A stretch of 32,000 bases of DNA, taken from contig JAQVDW010000009.1 of the NCBI GenBank assembly GCA_028698185.1, positions 1 through 32,000 on the forward strand, written 5' to 3'. A program made the translations under genes and the position numbers. Source of the DNA: Erysipelotrichaceae bacterium. Lineage in GTDB: Bacteria > Bacillota_I > Bacilli_A > Erysipelotrichales > Coprobacillaceae. Shown piece by piece: positions 1 through 8,754 of the stretch. The first letter of the stretch is position 1. Each line of letters starts with the position of its first letter. The notes under the pieces are model-generated. The model saw only the letters and a list, made by a program, of their open reading frames with translations. It made no database searches and had not been told where the DNA came from.

Positions 1-131
1 AGCCACAAGGAGAAAGAATAAAACCTTCATTCAAAACAAGTCTATTATCTTAGAAAAAGGATACTAATGCAATTCTTGGTTGAATTGATATTCAACAAGG
101 ATTACAAACATATTATACGAGGAGAAATATA

Positions 132-596
132 ATGAAAACAATTTTAAATCTGGAAGAATTACTGGAAATAATTGATCAGCGGCAAACCTCTACCGATTAT
201 TTCGTCCCTTCACTGTCATTTTTTGAGCTTGGTGAATTGAACATGATGGATATCTATTCAAAGATGAGACGGACGTACGACAAAGTCAACTTCGCCTATG
301 AGATGAAATACCTGCCAGGGGGCTATGCCCTTCTTGATGTAAAAATAAATTACGGTTTGATGATCGGTCACCTGCTGCTTGACGAGATCACCAAAATGAT
401 CTACATCGATATGAAATCATTCGGAATCACATCATCGGGACAACTTGGATTCGACAACGAGATTGTCGAACTGCCTAAAATCGGGACCAAACGCCTAGTC
501 AAACACCATGACGCCAATCACTATCTTTTCTATACCGTGATCGACAGGATCGATGAGAACATCACCAAAATCCTTGATTACAGCCAATTGAACTGA
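132..596 (+). CDS. hypothetical protein, 154 aa, no family recognised
   Basis: ATG at 132 is preceded by GAGGAG (119-124) with a 7-nt spacer. Codon usage resembles neighbouring host genes. An intrinsic terminator follows at 614-640. I can assign no diagnostic motif. Confidence 0.55.
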   Translation: MKTILNLEELLEIIDQRQTSTDYFVPSLSFFELGELNMMDIYSKMRRTYDKVNFAYEMKYLPGGYALLDVKINYGLMIGHLLLDEITKMIYIDMKSFGITSSGQLGFDNEIVELPKIGTKRLVKHHDANHYLFYTVIDRIDENITKILDYSQLN

Positions 597-613
597 CATT
601 ATTACAATACCGC

Positions 614-640
614 AACTGACTTCCGAGAGTCAGTTTTTTT
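614..640 (+). terminator. rho-independent terminator of the 132-596 ORF
   Basis: 8-bp stem AACTGACT (614-621) / AGTCAGTT (628-635) with loop TCCGAG, running into a T-tract that ends at 640. Confidence 0.6.
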
Positions 641-643
641 CGT

Positions 644-676
644 AAAAAAATCAGCTCCGACCGAGGCCGGAACTGA
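644..676 (-). terminator. rho-independent terminator of tex
   Basis: On the minus strand, TCAGTTCCG pairs with CGGAGCTGA (9 bp, one G-U; plus coordinates 651-676). A U7 tract follows (plus-strand A-run 644-650). The site is 28 nt after the tex stop codon and back-to-back with the plus-strand terminator. Confidence 0.6.
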
Positions 677-703
677 TATATTGGCAAAGATCAGTATTGG
701 AAT

Positions 704-2845
704 TTAATCTTTCATGGTCAAGGCGACACGCTTTTTCTTGCTGTCGATTTCCAAAACCTTGACTTTGACGATGTCGCCGATATTGACAATGTCCAGCGGA
801 TGGCTGACTCTCTTTGGCAGCTGCGACTTGTGGACCAAACCATCATTTTTCAGGCCGATATCGACAAAAGCCCCGAAATCGACGACATTGCGGACTGTCC
901 CTTCAAGGACCATCCCCGCCCGCAGATCTTCCAGCGACAAAATATCCTTTTTCAAAAGTGGTGTCGGGTATTCGTCACGGATCGAACGGTTCGGTTTCTT
1001 GAACGACTCGACGATCTCCTCGAAAGTATACTTGTCAATGGCAAGCTGCTGCCGTGTTTCCTCGAGATCGGTTTTTTGCAGCTTCTCCTTGATCAGATCA
1101 GTGCCGATGTCATTAACGTCAGCTTTAAGCACCTGCAACAACGCCTTGGCCTGGGTATAGTTTTCCGGATGGATACCGGTCTTGTCGAGCGGATTGTCAC
1201 CATCATTGATGCGCAAGAACCCCACCGCCTGCTCATAAGTCTTGGGACCGAGTTTAGGCACCTTTTTAATCTGGTCACGGTTTTTATAGCGTCCGAACTC
1301 ATCGCGATAATTCACGATGTTCTTGGCCACGTTTTTCGATATTCCGGCAACATAGCTAAGCAGTGAGAACGAAGCGGTGTTGATGTCGACCCCGACATTG
1401 TTTACCGCCTTGGTCACCACAAATTCCAGCTGTTCGTCGAGCTGTTTGGCCGGCATATCGTGCTGGTACTGGCCGACCGAAATCGAGCGGGGTTCGATCT
1501 TGACCAGTTCACCTAGAGGATCCTGAAGCCTTCGGGCAATCGATACCGCCGATCTTTCTTCGACCTGGTAATCAGGAAACTCCTCCTTGGCCAGAGGGCT
1601 TGCCGAGTAGACTGAAGCTCCCGCTTCCGAGACGATAGCGTAATCGACGTCCAGCTTGTTGTCCTTGATCAGCTTGGCAATGAAGCTTTCCGATTCCCTC
1701 GATCCCGTACCGTTTCCAATCGCGATAAGTTCGACATTATGGTTTTTTATCAGCCGCAGCAATGTCTTTATGTCTTTCTGGTAATCGTATTTAGGCAAGG
1801 TGATAAACGCCTTGTCAATGGCCAGGACTTTCCCTGTAGGATCGACAACCGCGAGCTTGCATCCGGTCCGGTAGCCCGGATCGACACCAAGAACGAACTT
1901 ACCTTTCAACGGAGCCTGAAGCAGGAGGCTCTCGAGATTGACCGAGAACACCTTCAAAGCCTGCTCCTGGGCCTTTTCGCTGAGTTCATTGCGCACTTCC
2001 CGCACTATTGATGGGAAAAGCAAGCGAGTGTAACAGTCCTGGATCGCCTGATGGATGTATTCGCCGGCGATTGTCGGTCTTCTTCTTGTCAGGCCGTTGT
2101 AAATGTATTCGACCGTCTTTTCCTTGTCGATTTCGACATTCACCGAAATCACCTTCTCGCTTTCAGCGCGGTTGATTGCCAGAATCCGGTGGGCCACGAT
2201 ATACTGGACTTTTTCGCGATAATCGTAATACATTTCGAAAACCTTGTCCTCATCGGGATTCTTGCTTTTTTCCTTGGTCACGATGAAGCCATAACGGTAG
2301 ATCGTTTCCTTGAGGCTCTTGCGGTATTTGATGTCATCAGCGATTATCTCGGCGATTATGTCCATCGCCCCGTTAAGGGCCTCATCGGCACTCCCCACCT
2401 CATCATTGATGAATTCGGCAGCTTTCTTTTCGACATTGCCCTTTTGCGGCAATGAAAGAAGGTACAAAGCCAGAGGCTCCAAGCCCCGTTTTTTCGCTTC
2501 AGTGGCCCGGGTCTTCCTCTTTTCCTTGTAAGGCCGGTAATAGTCTTCGACTTCCGCCAGGGTCGTCGCTTTCATGATATTTTCCTGGAGCTGCTTGTCG
2601 AGCATTCCCTTTTCATCGATCAGGCGGACCACATCCTCCTTGCGGGCCAGCAGACTTACTTGATACTGGTAATATTTGTCTATTTCACGGATCTGGTCCT
2701 CATCGAGGCCGCCGGTGACTTCCTTGCGGTAGCGGGCGATAAATGGCACAGTCGCCCCGTCTTCTAGAAGCGACAAGACCGCTTTGACTTGTTGGGTTGT
2801 GATATTCAATTCCTGGGTGCATTGTTTGATAATATTTTCATTCAT
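704..2845 (-). CDS. tex: Tex-like transcription accessory protein (S1 RNA-binding domain protein)
   Basis: 713-aa ORF with typical Tex N-terminus (ARYRKE..TGGLDE), a YqgF/RuvX-like core (VLGVDPGYRTGCKLAVVD), an HhH region and a C-terminal S1 domain (GTVRNVVDFGAFVDIG...GDIVKVKVLEID). ATG at 2845 overlaps the nudix stop (ATGAATGA). Confidence 0.93.
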   Translation of the reverse strand: MNENIIKQCTQELNITTQQVKAVLSLLEDGATVPFIARYRKEVTGGLDEDQIREIDKYYQYQVSLLARKEDVVRLIDEKGMLDKQLQENIMKATTLAEVEDYYRPYKEKRKTRATEAKKRGLEPLALYLLSLPQKGNVEKKAAEFINDEVGSADEALNGAMDIIAEIIADDIKYRKSLKETIYRYGFIVTKEKSKNPDEDKVFEMYYDYREKVQYIVAHRILAINRAESEKVISVNVEIDKEKTVEYIYNGLTRRRPTIAGEYIHQAIQDCYTRLLFPSIVREVRNELSEKAQEQALKVFSVNLESLLLQAPLKGKFVLGVDPGYRTGCKLAVVDPTGKVLAIDKAFITLPKYDYQKDIKTLLRLIKNHNVELIAIGNGTGSRESESFIAKLIKDNKLDVDYAIVSEAGASVYSASPLAKEEFPDYQVEERSAVSIARRLQDPLGELVKIEPRSISVGQYQHDMPAKQLDEQLEFVVTKAVNNVGVDINTASFSLLSYVAGISKNVAKNIVNYRDEFGRYKNRDQIKKVPKLGPKTYEQAVGFLRINDGDNPLDKTGIHPENYTQAKALLQVLKADVNDIGTDLIKEKLQKTDLEETRQQLAIDKYTFEEIVESFKKPNRSIRDEYPTPLLKKDILSLEDLRAGMVLEGTVRNVVDFGAFVDIGLKNDGLVHKSQLPKRVSHPLDIVNIGDIVKVKVLEIDSKKKRVALTMKD

Positions 2846-3248
2846 AGTTTCTTATATATTTGTCGTACGCGTTTTTAACGTCTGAAAAAATCTCCTTGTT
2901 CAATAATTTTTCGGCTTGAGCCAGGCTCGCAAAAAGAAAGTCTTCATGTTCGAACGAAATCGACACCGACCCGCTTTGGGCAAGACAAAGGAAACCAAGT
3001 CCCAAACCGCAATAACCTGTCCGGATATGCCTGAATGTATATGCCGGCTCCAAAATATCCACTGCCAACCCCGTTTCCTCAAACACTTCACGCTGGATGG
3101 CCTCATCAAAACTTTCACCTTCATCCAAACCCCCGCCAGGGAGTTCGTAGACACCAAGCCCATCGGATGATGGCCGGGTTCTTTTCAACAAAAGGATTTT
3201 ATTATCAAAGATAATTACTGCTTTAACGGTGATATGGATATAGCTCAT
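2838..3248 (-). CDS. NUDIX family hydrolase
   Basis: Nudix box GGGLDEGESFDEAIQREVFEETGL. I trimmed the start to ATG 3248 (MSYIHITVKAV...), which is preceded by AAGGAGGA. The track ORF extends to 3341 without an RBS. Confidence 0.85.
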   Translation of the reverse strand: MSYIHITVKAVIIFDNKILLLKRTRPSSDGLGVYELPGGGLDEGESFDEAIQREVFEETGLAVDILEPAYTFRHIRTGYCGLGLGFLCLAQSGSVSISFEHEDFLFASLAQAEKLLNKEIFSDVKNAYDKYIRNYE

Positions 3249-3400
3249 AAAAAATCCTCCTTGTCTTATTTTATCAAAAAAGCGGCCCAAAAGGCAAAAT
3301 AAATCCCGCAAATTATCATATTTTCCTCCATTTCCGCGCACCTTACAGTCGCGGACACAAATATTTTATTAAACTTTTCTCCTGCTTGTGGTACCATTAT

Positions 3401-3596
3401 GAAGAGGTGGCACACTACTAAGCACGGGAAGGTGAGTAGAAATTCTACCAACACTGAATATTCTGAATATTTATAAGTTGCGGTTACCCTATCAAGCACA
3501 AATAAGTAGGACTTAGAGCCTGGACACTTAGTATTGTTAAATCAACTTGGTGATATAGCTTGGGTAACAGTCACTGCCACTTCTCTTCTTTTTTTT
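3401..3596 (+). ncRNA. candidate IS110 bridge RNA (structured 5' non-coding RNA of the IS)
   Basis: GAAGAGGTGGCA (3401-3412) pairs with TGCCAC-tt-CTCTTC (3575-3588), giving 12 bp with a 2-nt bulge. T8 follows directly (3589-3596), then the recombinase RBS. Internal elements include hairpin 3436-3440/3444-3448 and a 7-bp pair 3483-3489/3562-3568. The position matches where IS110-group elements encode their bridge RNA. Confidence 0.4.
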
Positions 3597-3613
3597 GAAA
3601 GGAGAGTTTTTTT

Positions 3614-4863
3614 ATGAAGATTGTCAGACCAATCTGCTGTGGCATGGATGTCCACAAAAACCTGATTGTGGCCACCATCGGTATTACCGATAAGAAAACC
3701 AGTATCACTCAGTATCTTCAAGAAACATTCACAACCTTGAATCCTGATCTATACCGTCTTAAAAAATGGCTGATCTCACACAAATGTTTTGATGCCTGCA
3801 TGGAATCAACCGGTAAATATTGGGTTCCCATCTTCAACATCTTAGAAGATGAAATCAATATTTGCCTGACCCATCCCAAATATGTCAAAGCCATCAAAGG
3901 TAAGAAGACCGACAAGAAAGATTCGAAATGGATTTGTGATTTGTTCAAACATGACCTGATAAAAGCATCGTTCATTCCGCCCAAAGAAATAAGAGCCCTA
4001 CGTGAATTGTCTCGTTACAGATGTAAACTGGTTGCAATGAGAACATCGGAACGCAATCGATATCAAAATTGCATGACGGTCTCAAACATTGGGCTGGCAT
4101 CTCTCGTTTCCGACCCATTTGGCAAGACTGCAACTAAAATCATGGAAGAAGTCCTCAAATCAGAAGTCATTGATGATGACAAGCTACTCAAAATGATTCA
4201 TCGGGGCTGCAAAAACAAGGATAAGATTTTGGATTCCCTTCGTGACTCAAAGATCGAAACAGATCAAAGGTTCAAAATGAATGAGTCAATGAAACATATG
4301 GATGAACTGCAAGAACACATCAATAACTGCGAAGTTGAAATGGTTAAAAGGGCCTCCCCCATGTTCAGTCAGTTTATGCACATAACACAAATTAGCGGAA
4401 TAAGTACTTTGTCAGCCATAATGATAATCGCAGAAATCGGGGTTGACATGAGCCAATTTGAGTCTGATAAACAGCTAGTGTCTTGGGCAGGACTAGCACC
4501 GGCGAATAACGAGAGTGCCGGAAAGAAAAATCAGTTAGAATATCCAAAGCGGGTCAATACTTGAAGCCGCTGCTAGTACAGTGCTCACTATCCGCTATAA
4601 AAGACAAGGAAAGTTATTTCGGAGCGAAATACGTCAAGATCAAAAAGCGTCGGGGCCACAAAAAAGCAATAATAGCCATAGCCAGAATGATGCTTACCAG
4701 TATATATCACATGATCAGATCAGGAGAAGTCTTCAACCCGTCTGATTACCAGTCACTCACCAATCCAAATCCTAAATCCCACAAGTCTTTTACAGTGGAA
4801 AATGCCATAGAATTGCTTAAACAATCAGGTTACAGCATTTCTAAAATAAACAATTCCGAGTAA
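3614..4863 (+). pseudogene. IS110-family transposase/recombinase, interrupted by a 1-nt frameshift
   Basis: ORF 3614-4564 carries the N-terminal DEDD-type motifs GMDVHK, MESTGKYW and KKTDKKDSKWI. ORF 4561-4863, in the -1 frame, carries the conserved C-terminal part (YLKPLLVQC...GHKKAIIAIARMM). The frames meet in the A5 run at 4526-4530. One extra A would give ...NESAGKKKSVRISKAGQYLKPLLVQC... and a protein of about 416 aa. Confidence 0.85.
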
Positions 4864-4882
4864 TTAATATTTAGTTTTTTTC

Positions 4883-4904
4883 GATGTAATAGTTACATCT
4901 TTTT
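4883..4904 (+). terminator. terminator-like hairpin after the IS recombinase gene
   Basis: GATGTAA (4883-4889) / TTACATC (4893-4899) with loop TAG, followed by TTTTT (4900-4904). Confidence 0.5.
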
Positions 4905-4967
4905 AAGTACGACAATTTTTAGTATTTTTAGATAAATTTCGTTTCACACTTTTTCGCTTCAATTGTT

Positions 4968-4997
4968 TTTACATCTTCTTTCCATTTGTGCTATAAT
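4968..4997 (+). promoter_or_regulatory. sigma-A type promoter of pepV
   Basis: -35 TTTACA (4968-4973), an 18-nt spacer, then an extended -10 TGcTATAAT (4989-4997). It lies 27 nt upstream of ATG 5024, and RBS AGAGGTGA lies in between. Confidence 0.5.
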
Positions 4998-5023
4998 GAC
5001 CCTAGATTTCAAGAGGTGAACAT

Positions 5024-6385
5024 ATGATAGATTTTAGATCAGAAATTGAAAAAGAAAAAGAGAATTTCATAAATGATTTGGCGACGCTGGTATCCTATCC
5101 ATCAGTCCAGGATGACAGCACCGCAAAGGAAAACCAGCCGTTTGGAAAAGCCAACCGCGATGTTCTCGACGCAATGCTTTCGATCGGTCAACGCGATGGA
5201 TTCGCGACCGCCGAGGTCGACGGCTATGCCGGACATATCGACATCGGCGAAGGTGAGGAGACATTTGGAGTCCTCGGCCACCTCGATGTGGTTCCAGTCA
5301 ATGATATCGGTTGGGATTCCAATCCCTTTGTCATGAAAAGAGAAAATGAGATTCTCTACGGCCGCGGCGTCGTGGACGACAAGGGAGCCTTGCTGGCGGG
5401 ATACTATGCCTGCAAGATAATAAACAAATTGGACCTCGACACAAGAATGAAGATGCGGGTCATCTTCGGCTGCAACGAGGAGCTTGGTTCCAAGTGCGTG
5501 AAACACTACTTCACCAAGATGCCGTTCCCGAAAATGGGCTTCACGCCTGATGCCTCATTCCCGGTTGTATACGGCGAAAAGGCGATGGCCACAGTCAACA
5601 TCACCGGAAGCATCGCCAAAAAAGGTCTCATTTCGATGTTTGCCGGAAAACGGGCCAATATCGTCCCTGAAGAAGTCATTGCCATTGTCGAAGGGAGTTA
5701 CAAAAACTATCTCAAATCATTCAACGACTTCCTGGAGAAAAACCATCTTGATGGAACCTGCGAGGAAGAAGGCAATCATACCCGCCTGATTCTCAAGGGA
5801 AAATCAGCCCATGCCTCATTGCCCCATGAAGGGAAAAATGCGGTAAGCTATCTGGCTTTGTATCTGGTAAACGAAATCGACAACGAGCTGATAAAACTGA
5901 TTGCGGACAACATGTCCGACTATCACGGTGTCGGTTTGAAAATCGCGCACAATGGTCTTATGGGCGATTTGACGATGAACCTTGGCGTGATCGGTTATAA
6001 AAACGACCAGGTCTCTTTGACGCTCGATATCCGCGCCAGCCATGAGATTGATTTTGCCAAGATGTCAAGCCAGATCCAGTCAGTCATCTCCCCTTACCAG
6101 CTCCAAAGCGAGACGGCAACGACCCCGGGTCTTTATGTCGATCCCCAAAGCGAACTGATCACCAAGTTGCATCAGGCCTACCAGGAAGTGACCCAAACCA
6201 ATGACCAGCCCCAAACAATGGGCGGTGGCACCTACGCCAAATCAATGCCCAACTGTGTCGCTTTTGGAGTGGAGTTTGACGGTTACGATTACAAGATACA
6301 TGGTAACAACGAAAACATTCCTGTCGACCACCTGATGTTGGCGACCGAAATTTACTGTAAAGCCATCTACAGTCTGATCAAATAA
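5024..6385 (+). CDS. pepV: M20-family dipeptidase, PepV-like
   Basis: 453 aa with M20 metal-site motifs (GHLDVVPV, GRGVVDDKG, NEE) and an overall PepV-like length and N-terminus. Confidence 0.8.
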   Translation: MIDFRSEIEKEKENFINDLATLVSYPSVQDDSTAKENQPFGKANRDVLDAMLSIGQRDGFATAEVDGYAGHIDIGEGEETFGVLGHLDVVPVNDIGWDSNPFVMKRENEILYGRGVVDDKGALLAGYYACKIINKLDLDTRMKMRVIFGCNEELGSKCVKHYFTKMPFPKMGFTPDASFPVVYGEKAMATVNITGSIAKKGLISMFAGKRANIVPEEVIAIVEGSYKNYLKSFNDFLEKNHLDGTCEEEGNHTRLILKGKSAHASLPHEGKNAVSYLALYLVNEIDNELIKLIADNMSDYHGVGLKIAHNGLMGDLTMNLGVIGYKNDQVSLTLDIRASHEIDFAKMSSQIQSVISPYQLQSETATTPGLYVDPQSELITKLHQAYQEVTQTNDQPQTMGGGTYAKSMPNCVAFGVEFDGYDYKIHGNNENIPVDHLMLATEIYCKAIYSLIK

Positions 6386-6392
6386 TAACAGT

Positions 6393-6443
6393 AAAGCAGC
6401 AGCCTAAACCGGATGGGATATCCGGATTTGGCTGCTGCTTTTT
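6393..6443. terminator. long hairpin between convergent pepV and tyrA (terminator, mainly for the plus strand)
   Basis: AAAGCAGCAGCC (6393-6404) pairs with GGCTGCTGCTTT (6430-6441). An inner CCGGA/TCCGG stem is present. A T-tract follows on the plus strand; the minus strand has only a short one. Confidence 0.7.
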
Positions 6444-6449
6444 GCGCCT

Positions 6450-7286
6450 CTACAACTTCTGTCTTCTTGTCGAAGATTCAATGAAATATTCCTTGAGTTT
6501 GGCGCTGTCATTGCTTTCCAGTGCCAGTTTGATCAGGTCAAGCTGGGTCTCGAACTGCTCGATTGCATTGAGCAGATTTTCCTTGTTGTTCAAAAACAGC
6601 TCCGACCAAAGCTCCTCATTGATATTCGCTATCCGTGTAAGATCCCGGTAAGAATCGCCGATGTATTTGCCGGTGTCGAACTTCTGGTTGTCCGAATTAA
6701 TCAAACCCACCGCAATGACATGAGGCAGTTGCGAAGTGAAGGCGATGACTTCGTCATGATCCTGGGGCGACATTATTTTGATCGACTTGAATCCAAGCCG
6801 GCCAACCAGTTTTTCCATAAAGGCCAGGGCACTGCGGTCCTCGATCCGGTGGTCGATCAGGATGTAGTTGGCATTCAAAAACACTTCCTTTGAAGAGTAT
6901 TCAAAGCCTTTTTTCTCCCGGCCTGCCATCGGATGGCCAGAAATGAAAATAGCCTGGTCACCCGCCAGATCTATGGCCTGGTCAATGAAATACCCCTTGA
7001 TTCCGGTGGCATCCGTGATGATGCTGCCCTTTTTGAAGCTGTTGTTCTTGATGAAATCAAGAACCAGAGAAGGATAGAGGCAGATGATCGTCAGGTCGGT
7101 TTGGGGAATTATCTTCGTCCCGTCGATGAAACCCTCCTCGATATAACCTTCCTCTTTGGCTTTTTTCAGGGTGTCCAGCGAAGTGTCGATCCCAAAAACC
7201 CGATATCCCTGGTCTTTGAGGGCCTTGACGAAACTCCCGCCAATGACCCCTAGACCAACCACAGTTATTGTTTTAATATCAATCAT
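6450..7286 (-). CDS. tyrA: prephenate/arogenate dehydrogenase family protein
   Basis: N-terminal Rossmann motif VVGLGVIGGS, plus the GHPMAGRE and SQLPHVIA motifs. Start set to ATG 7286 (MIDIKT...), which overlaps the pncB stop as ATGATTGA and follows GGTGGA. The track start at 7313 is a TTG inside pncB. Confidence 0.8.
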   Translation of the reverse strand: MIDIKTITVVGLGVIGGSFVKALKDQGYRVFGIDTSLDTLKKAKEEGYIEEGFIDGTKIIPQTDLTIICLYPSLVLDFIKNNSFKKGSIITDATGIKGYFIDQAIDLAGDQAIFISGHPMAGREKKGFEYSSKEVFLNANYILIDHRIEDRSALAFMEKLVGRLGFKSIKIMSPQDHDEVIAFTSQLPHVIAVGLINSDNQKFDTGKYIGDSYRDLTRIANINEELWSELFLNNKENLLNAIEQFETQLDLIKLALESNDSAKLKEYFIESSTRRQKL

Positions 7287-8754
7287 CGTTTTCCACCCCG
7301 CGGATTTCTTCAAGCATCTTAAGCTTGTGGTTCAACAGTTCCTTGGTCAAATCGACATAATAAGTGTGGGGATATTCCAGCCGGAATATTTCCTGCCACA
7401 TTTTTTCCTTTTGCGACATGCAATAAGCCTGGATTTCATGGATGTCAGGTTCATCATAAACCTTGACCCCGTCGATGAAGACCGGAACCTGGAGCTCCTG
7501 GATTTTATAAGTACCGGCCTTGATCCGTTTGAACTTCCATAGATTAGACTGGTGGTAAATCGTGATGTCTTTTTGGCTGTCCATGATTTCATGGGCGAAA
7601 CCGATAACATCACCGATGGCTTTGTGGTCCTGCAGGTCGTAAAGGCGATATACCTTCTTGTAGCCTGGGTTGGTTATCTTAGCCACGTTTTCCGAAACCT
7701 TGATTTTCGGGATGATCTGGCCGTCACGTTCGATGGCCACCAGTTTGTACACACCCCCGAACACCGGAGCCGATTTGGATACGATCAGATTCTCTCCCAC
7801 ACCAAAGGAATCGATGGCCGCTCCCTGGTCAAGCAATGACCGGATCAGATATTCATCCAAAGCATTTGAAGCTGTGATTTTCACTTCGCTCAATCCGGCA
7901 CCATCGAGCATCGCCCGGGCCTTTTTTGACAGATAGGCCAGATCGCCCGAGTCCAGGCGGATTCCACCGAGTTTTTTACCCATTGGCGCCAATACTTCCT
8001 TGGCGATCCTGATCGCATTGACAACCCCGGATTTGAGCGTATCGTAGGTGTCGACAAGCAGGACACAGCTGTCCGGATAAGTCAGTGCATAAGCCTTGAA
8101 GGCCTCATATTCGCTGTCGAAAGACTGGACAAACGAATGGGCCATCGTCCCGACCAGGGGAATATCGAAATATTGACCTGCCATGACCGTCGCGCTTCCA
8201 TCGGCCCCGCCGATGAACGCCGCCCTGGCACCGTAAACGGCCCCGTCATAACCCTGGGCCCGGCGGGCCCCAAATTCCAGGACCGGACGACCTTTGGCTT
8301 CATTGACAATCCTTCTTGTCTTGGTCGCAACCAGTGACTGATGGTTTACAGTTACCAGCAGCAACGTCTCAATCAACTGGGCTTCAATGAATTTCGCTTT
8401 CACTGTAACCAGCGGTTCGTTAGGGAATACGATTTCCCCTTCTTTGACGGAATATATATCACCTGTGAATCTGAAATTTTTCAGATATTCCAGAAATTCC
8501 TCGTCGAATTTATCCAGACTGCGCAAGTAATCGATATCAAAATCGCTGAAGTGGAGATCTTCGATAATTTCGATCAGCTGCTCCAATCCGGCGAAAATGG
8601 CATAGCCGCCATTGTCGGGATTGGCCCGGTAATACATATCGAAATAGACATATTGATCTTTCGTTCCCTGTTTGAAATAATTGTACGCCATTGTAAGCTC
8701 ATATAAATCCATTACAAGCGTTAAATTACGACTGCTTCCTGCATGTGTACTCAT
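7279..8754 (-). CDS. pncB: nicotinate phosphoribosyltransferase
   Basis: About 491 aa with a NAPRTase-type N-terminus (LTLVMDLYELTMAYNYF) and core (GTMAHSFVQSF). ATG 8754 follows AAGGAGA; GTG 8757 is an alternative start. Confidence 0.9.
   Translation of the reverse strand: MSTHAGSSRNLTLVMDLYELTMAYNYFKQGTKDQYVYFDMYYRANPDNGGYAIFAGLEQLIEIIEDLHFSDFDIDYLRSLDKFDEEFLEYLKNFRFTGDIYSVKEGEIVFPNEPLVTVKAKFIEAQLIETLLLVTVNHQSLVATKTRRIVNEAKGRPVLEFGARRAQGYDGAVYGARAAFIGGADGSATVMAGQYFDIPLVGTMAHSFVQSFDSEYEAFKAYALTYPDSCVLLVDTYDTLKSGVVNAIRIAKEVLAPMGKKLGGIRLDSGDLAYLSKKARAMLDGAGLSEVKITASNALDEYLIRSLLDQGAAIDSFGVGENLIVSKSAPVFGGVYKLVAIERDGQIIPKIKVSENVAKITNPGYKKVYRLYDLQDHKAIGDVIGFAHEIMDSQKDITIYHQSNLWKFKRIKAGTYKIQELQVPVFIDGVKVYDEPDIHEIQAYCMSQKEKMWQEIFRLEYPHTYYVDLTKELLNHKLKMLEEIRGVENDD

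Larger units (their letters stand above)
3359..4949 (+). mobile_element. IS110-family insertion sequence, about 1.6 kb, ends approximate
   Basis: Contains an IS110-type DEDD recombinase gene, a long non-coding 5' end (about 250 nt) and a short 3' end, with no obvious terminal inverted repeats, as is typical for the family. It looks visibly more AT-rich than the flanking genes. The proposed ends rest only on ACAC occurring at 3355-3358 and 4946-4949, so they are weakly supported. Confidence 0.5.

Noticed and set aside
2838-3341. Longer N-terminal versions of several track ORFs (nudix to 3341, tyrA to 7313, hrcA to 19882, rplU to 29762, radC to 31955, mreC to 31258)
   Set aside because: Internal starts have strong Shine-Dalgarno sequences and give N-termini typical of each family. 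The extensions run into upstream genes, operators or leaders.
3333-3355. Hairpin TCCGCG-11 nt-CGCGGA read as a functional terminator
   Set aside because: No plus-strand gene lies upstream for it to terminate. On the minus strand no U-tract follows. I keep it only as a possible IS target structure.
3266-3499. 77-aa minus-strand ORF across the IS left end
   Set aside because: It has no RBS and crosses the proposed IS/host junction and the structured RNA region. The sequence is hydrophobic and low-complexity, so it is probably a chance ORF.
4520-4565. Programmed -1 ribosomal frameshift joining the two IS110 ORFs
   Set aside because: The sequence G AAA AAT is not an X XXY YYZ slippery heptamer. 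I saw no downstream stimulatory structure. An A5 run is too short for efficient transcriptional slippage, and the IS110 family is not known to use frameshifting. A mutation or a homopolymer sequencing error is more likely.
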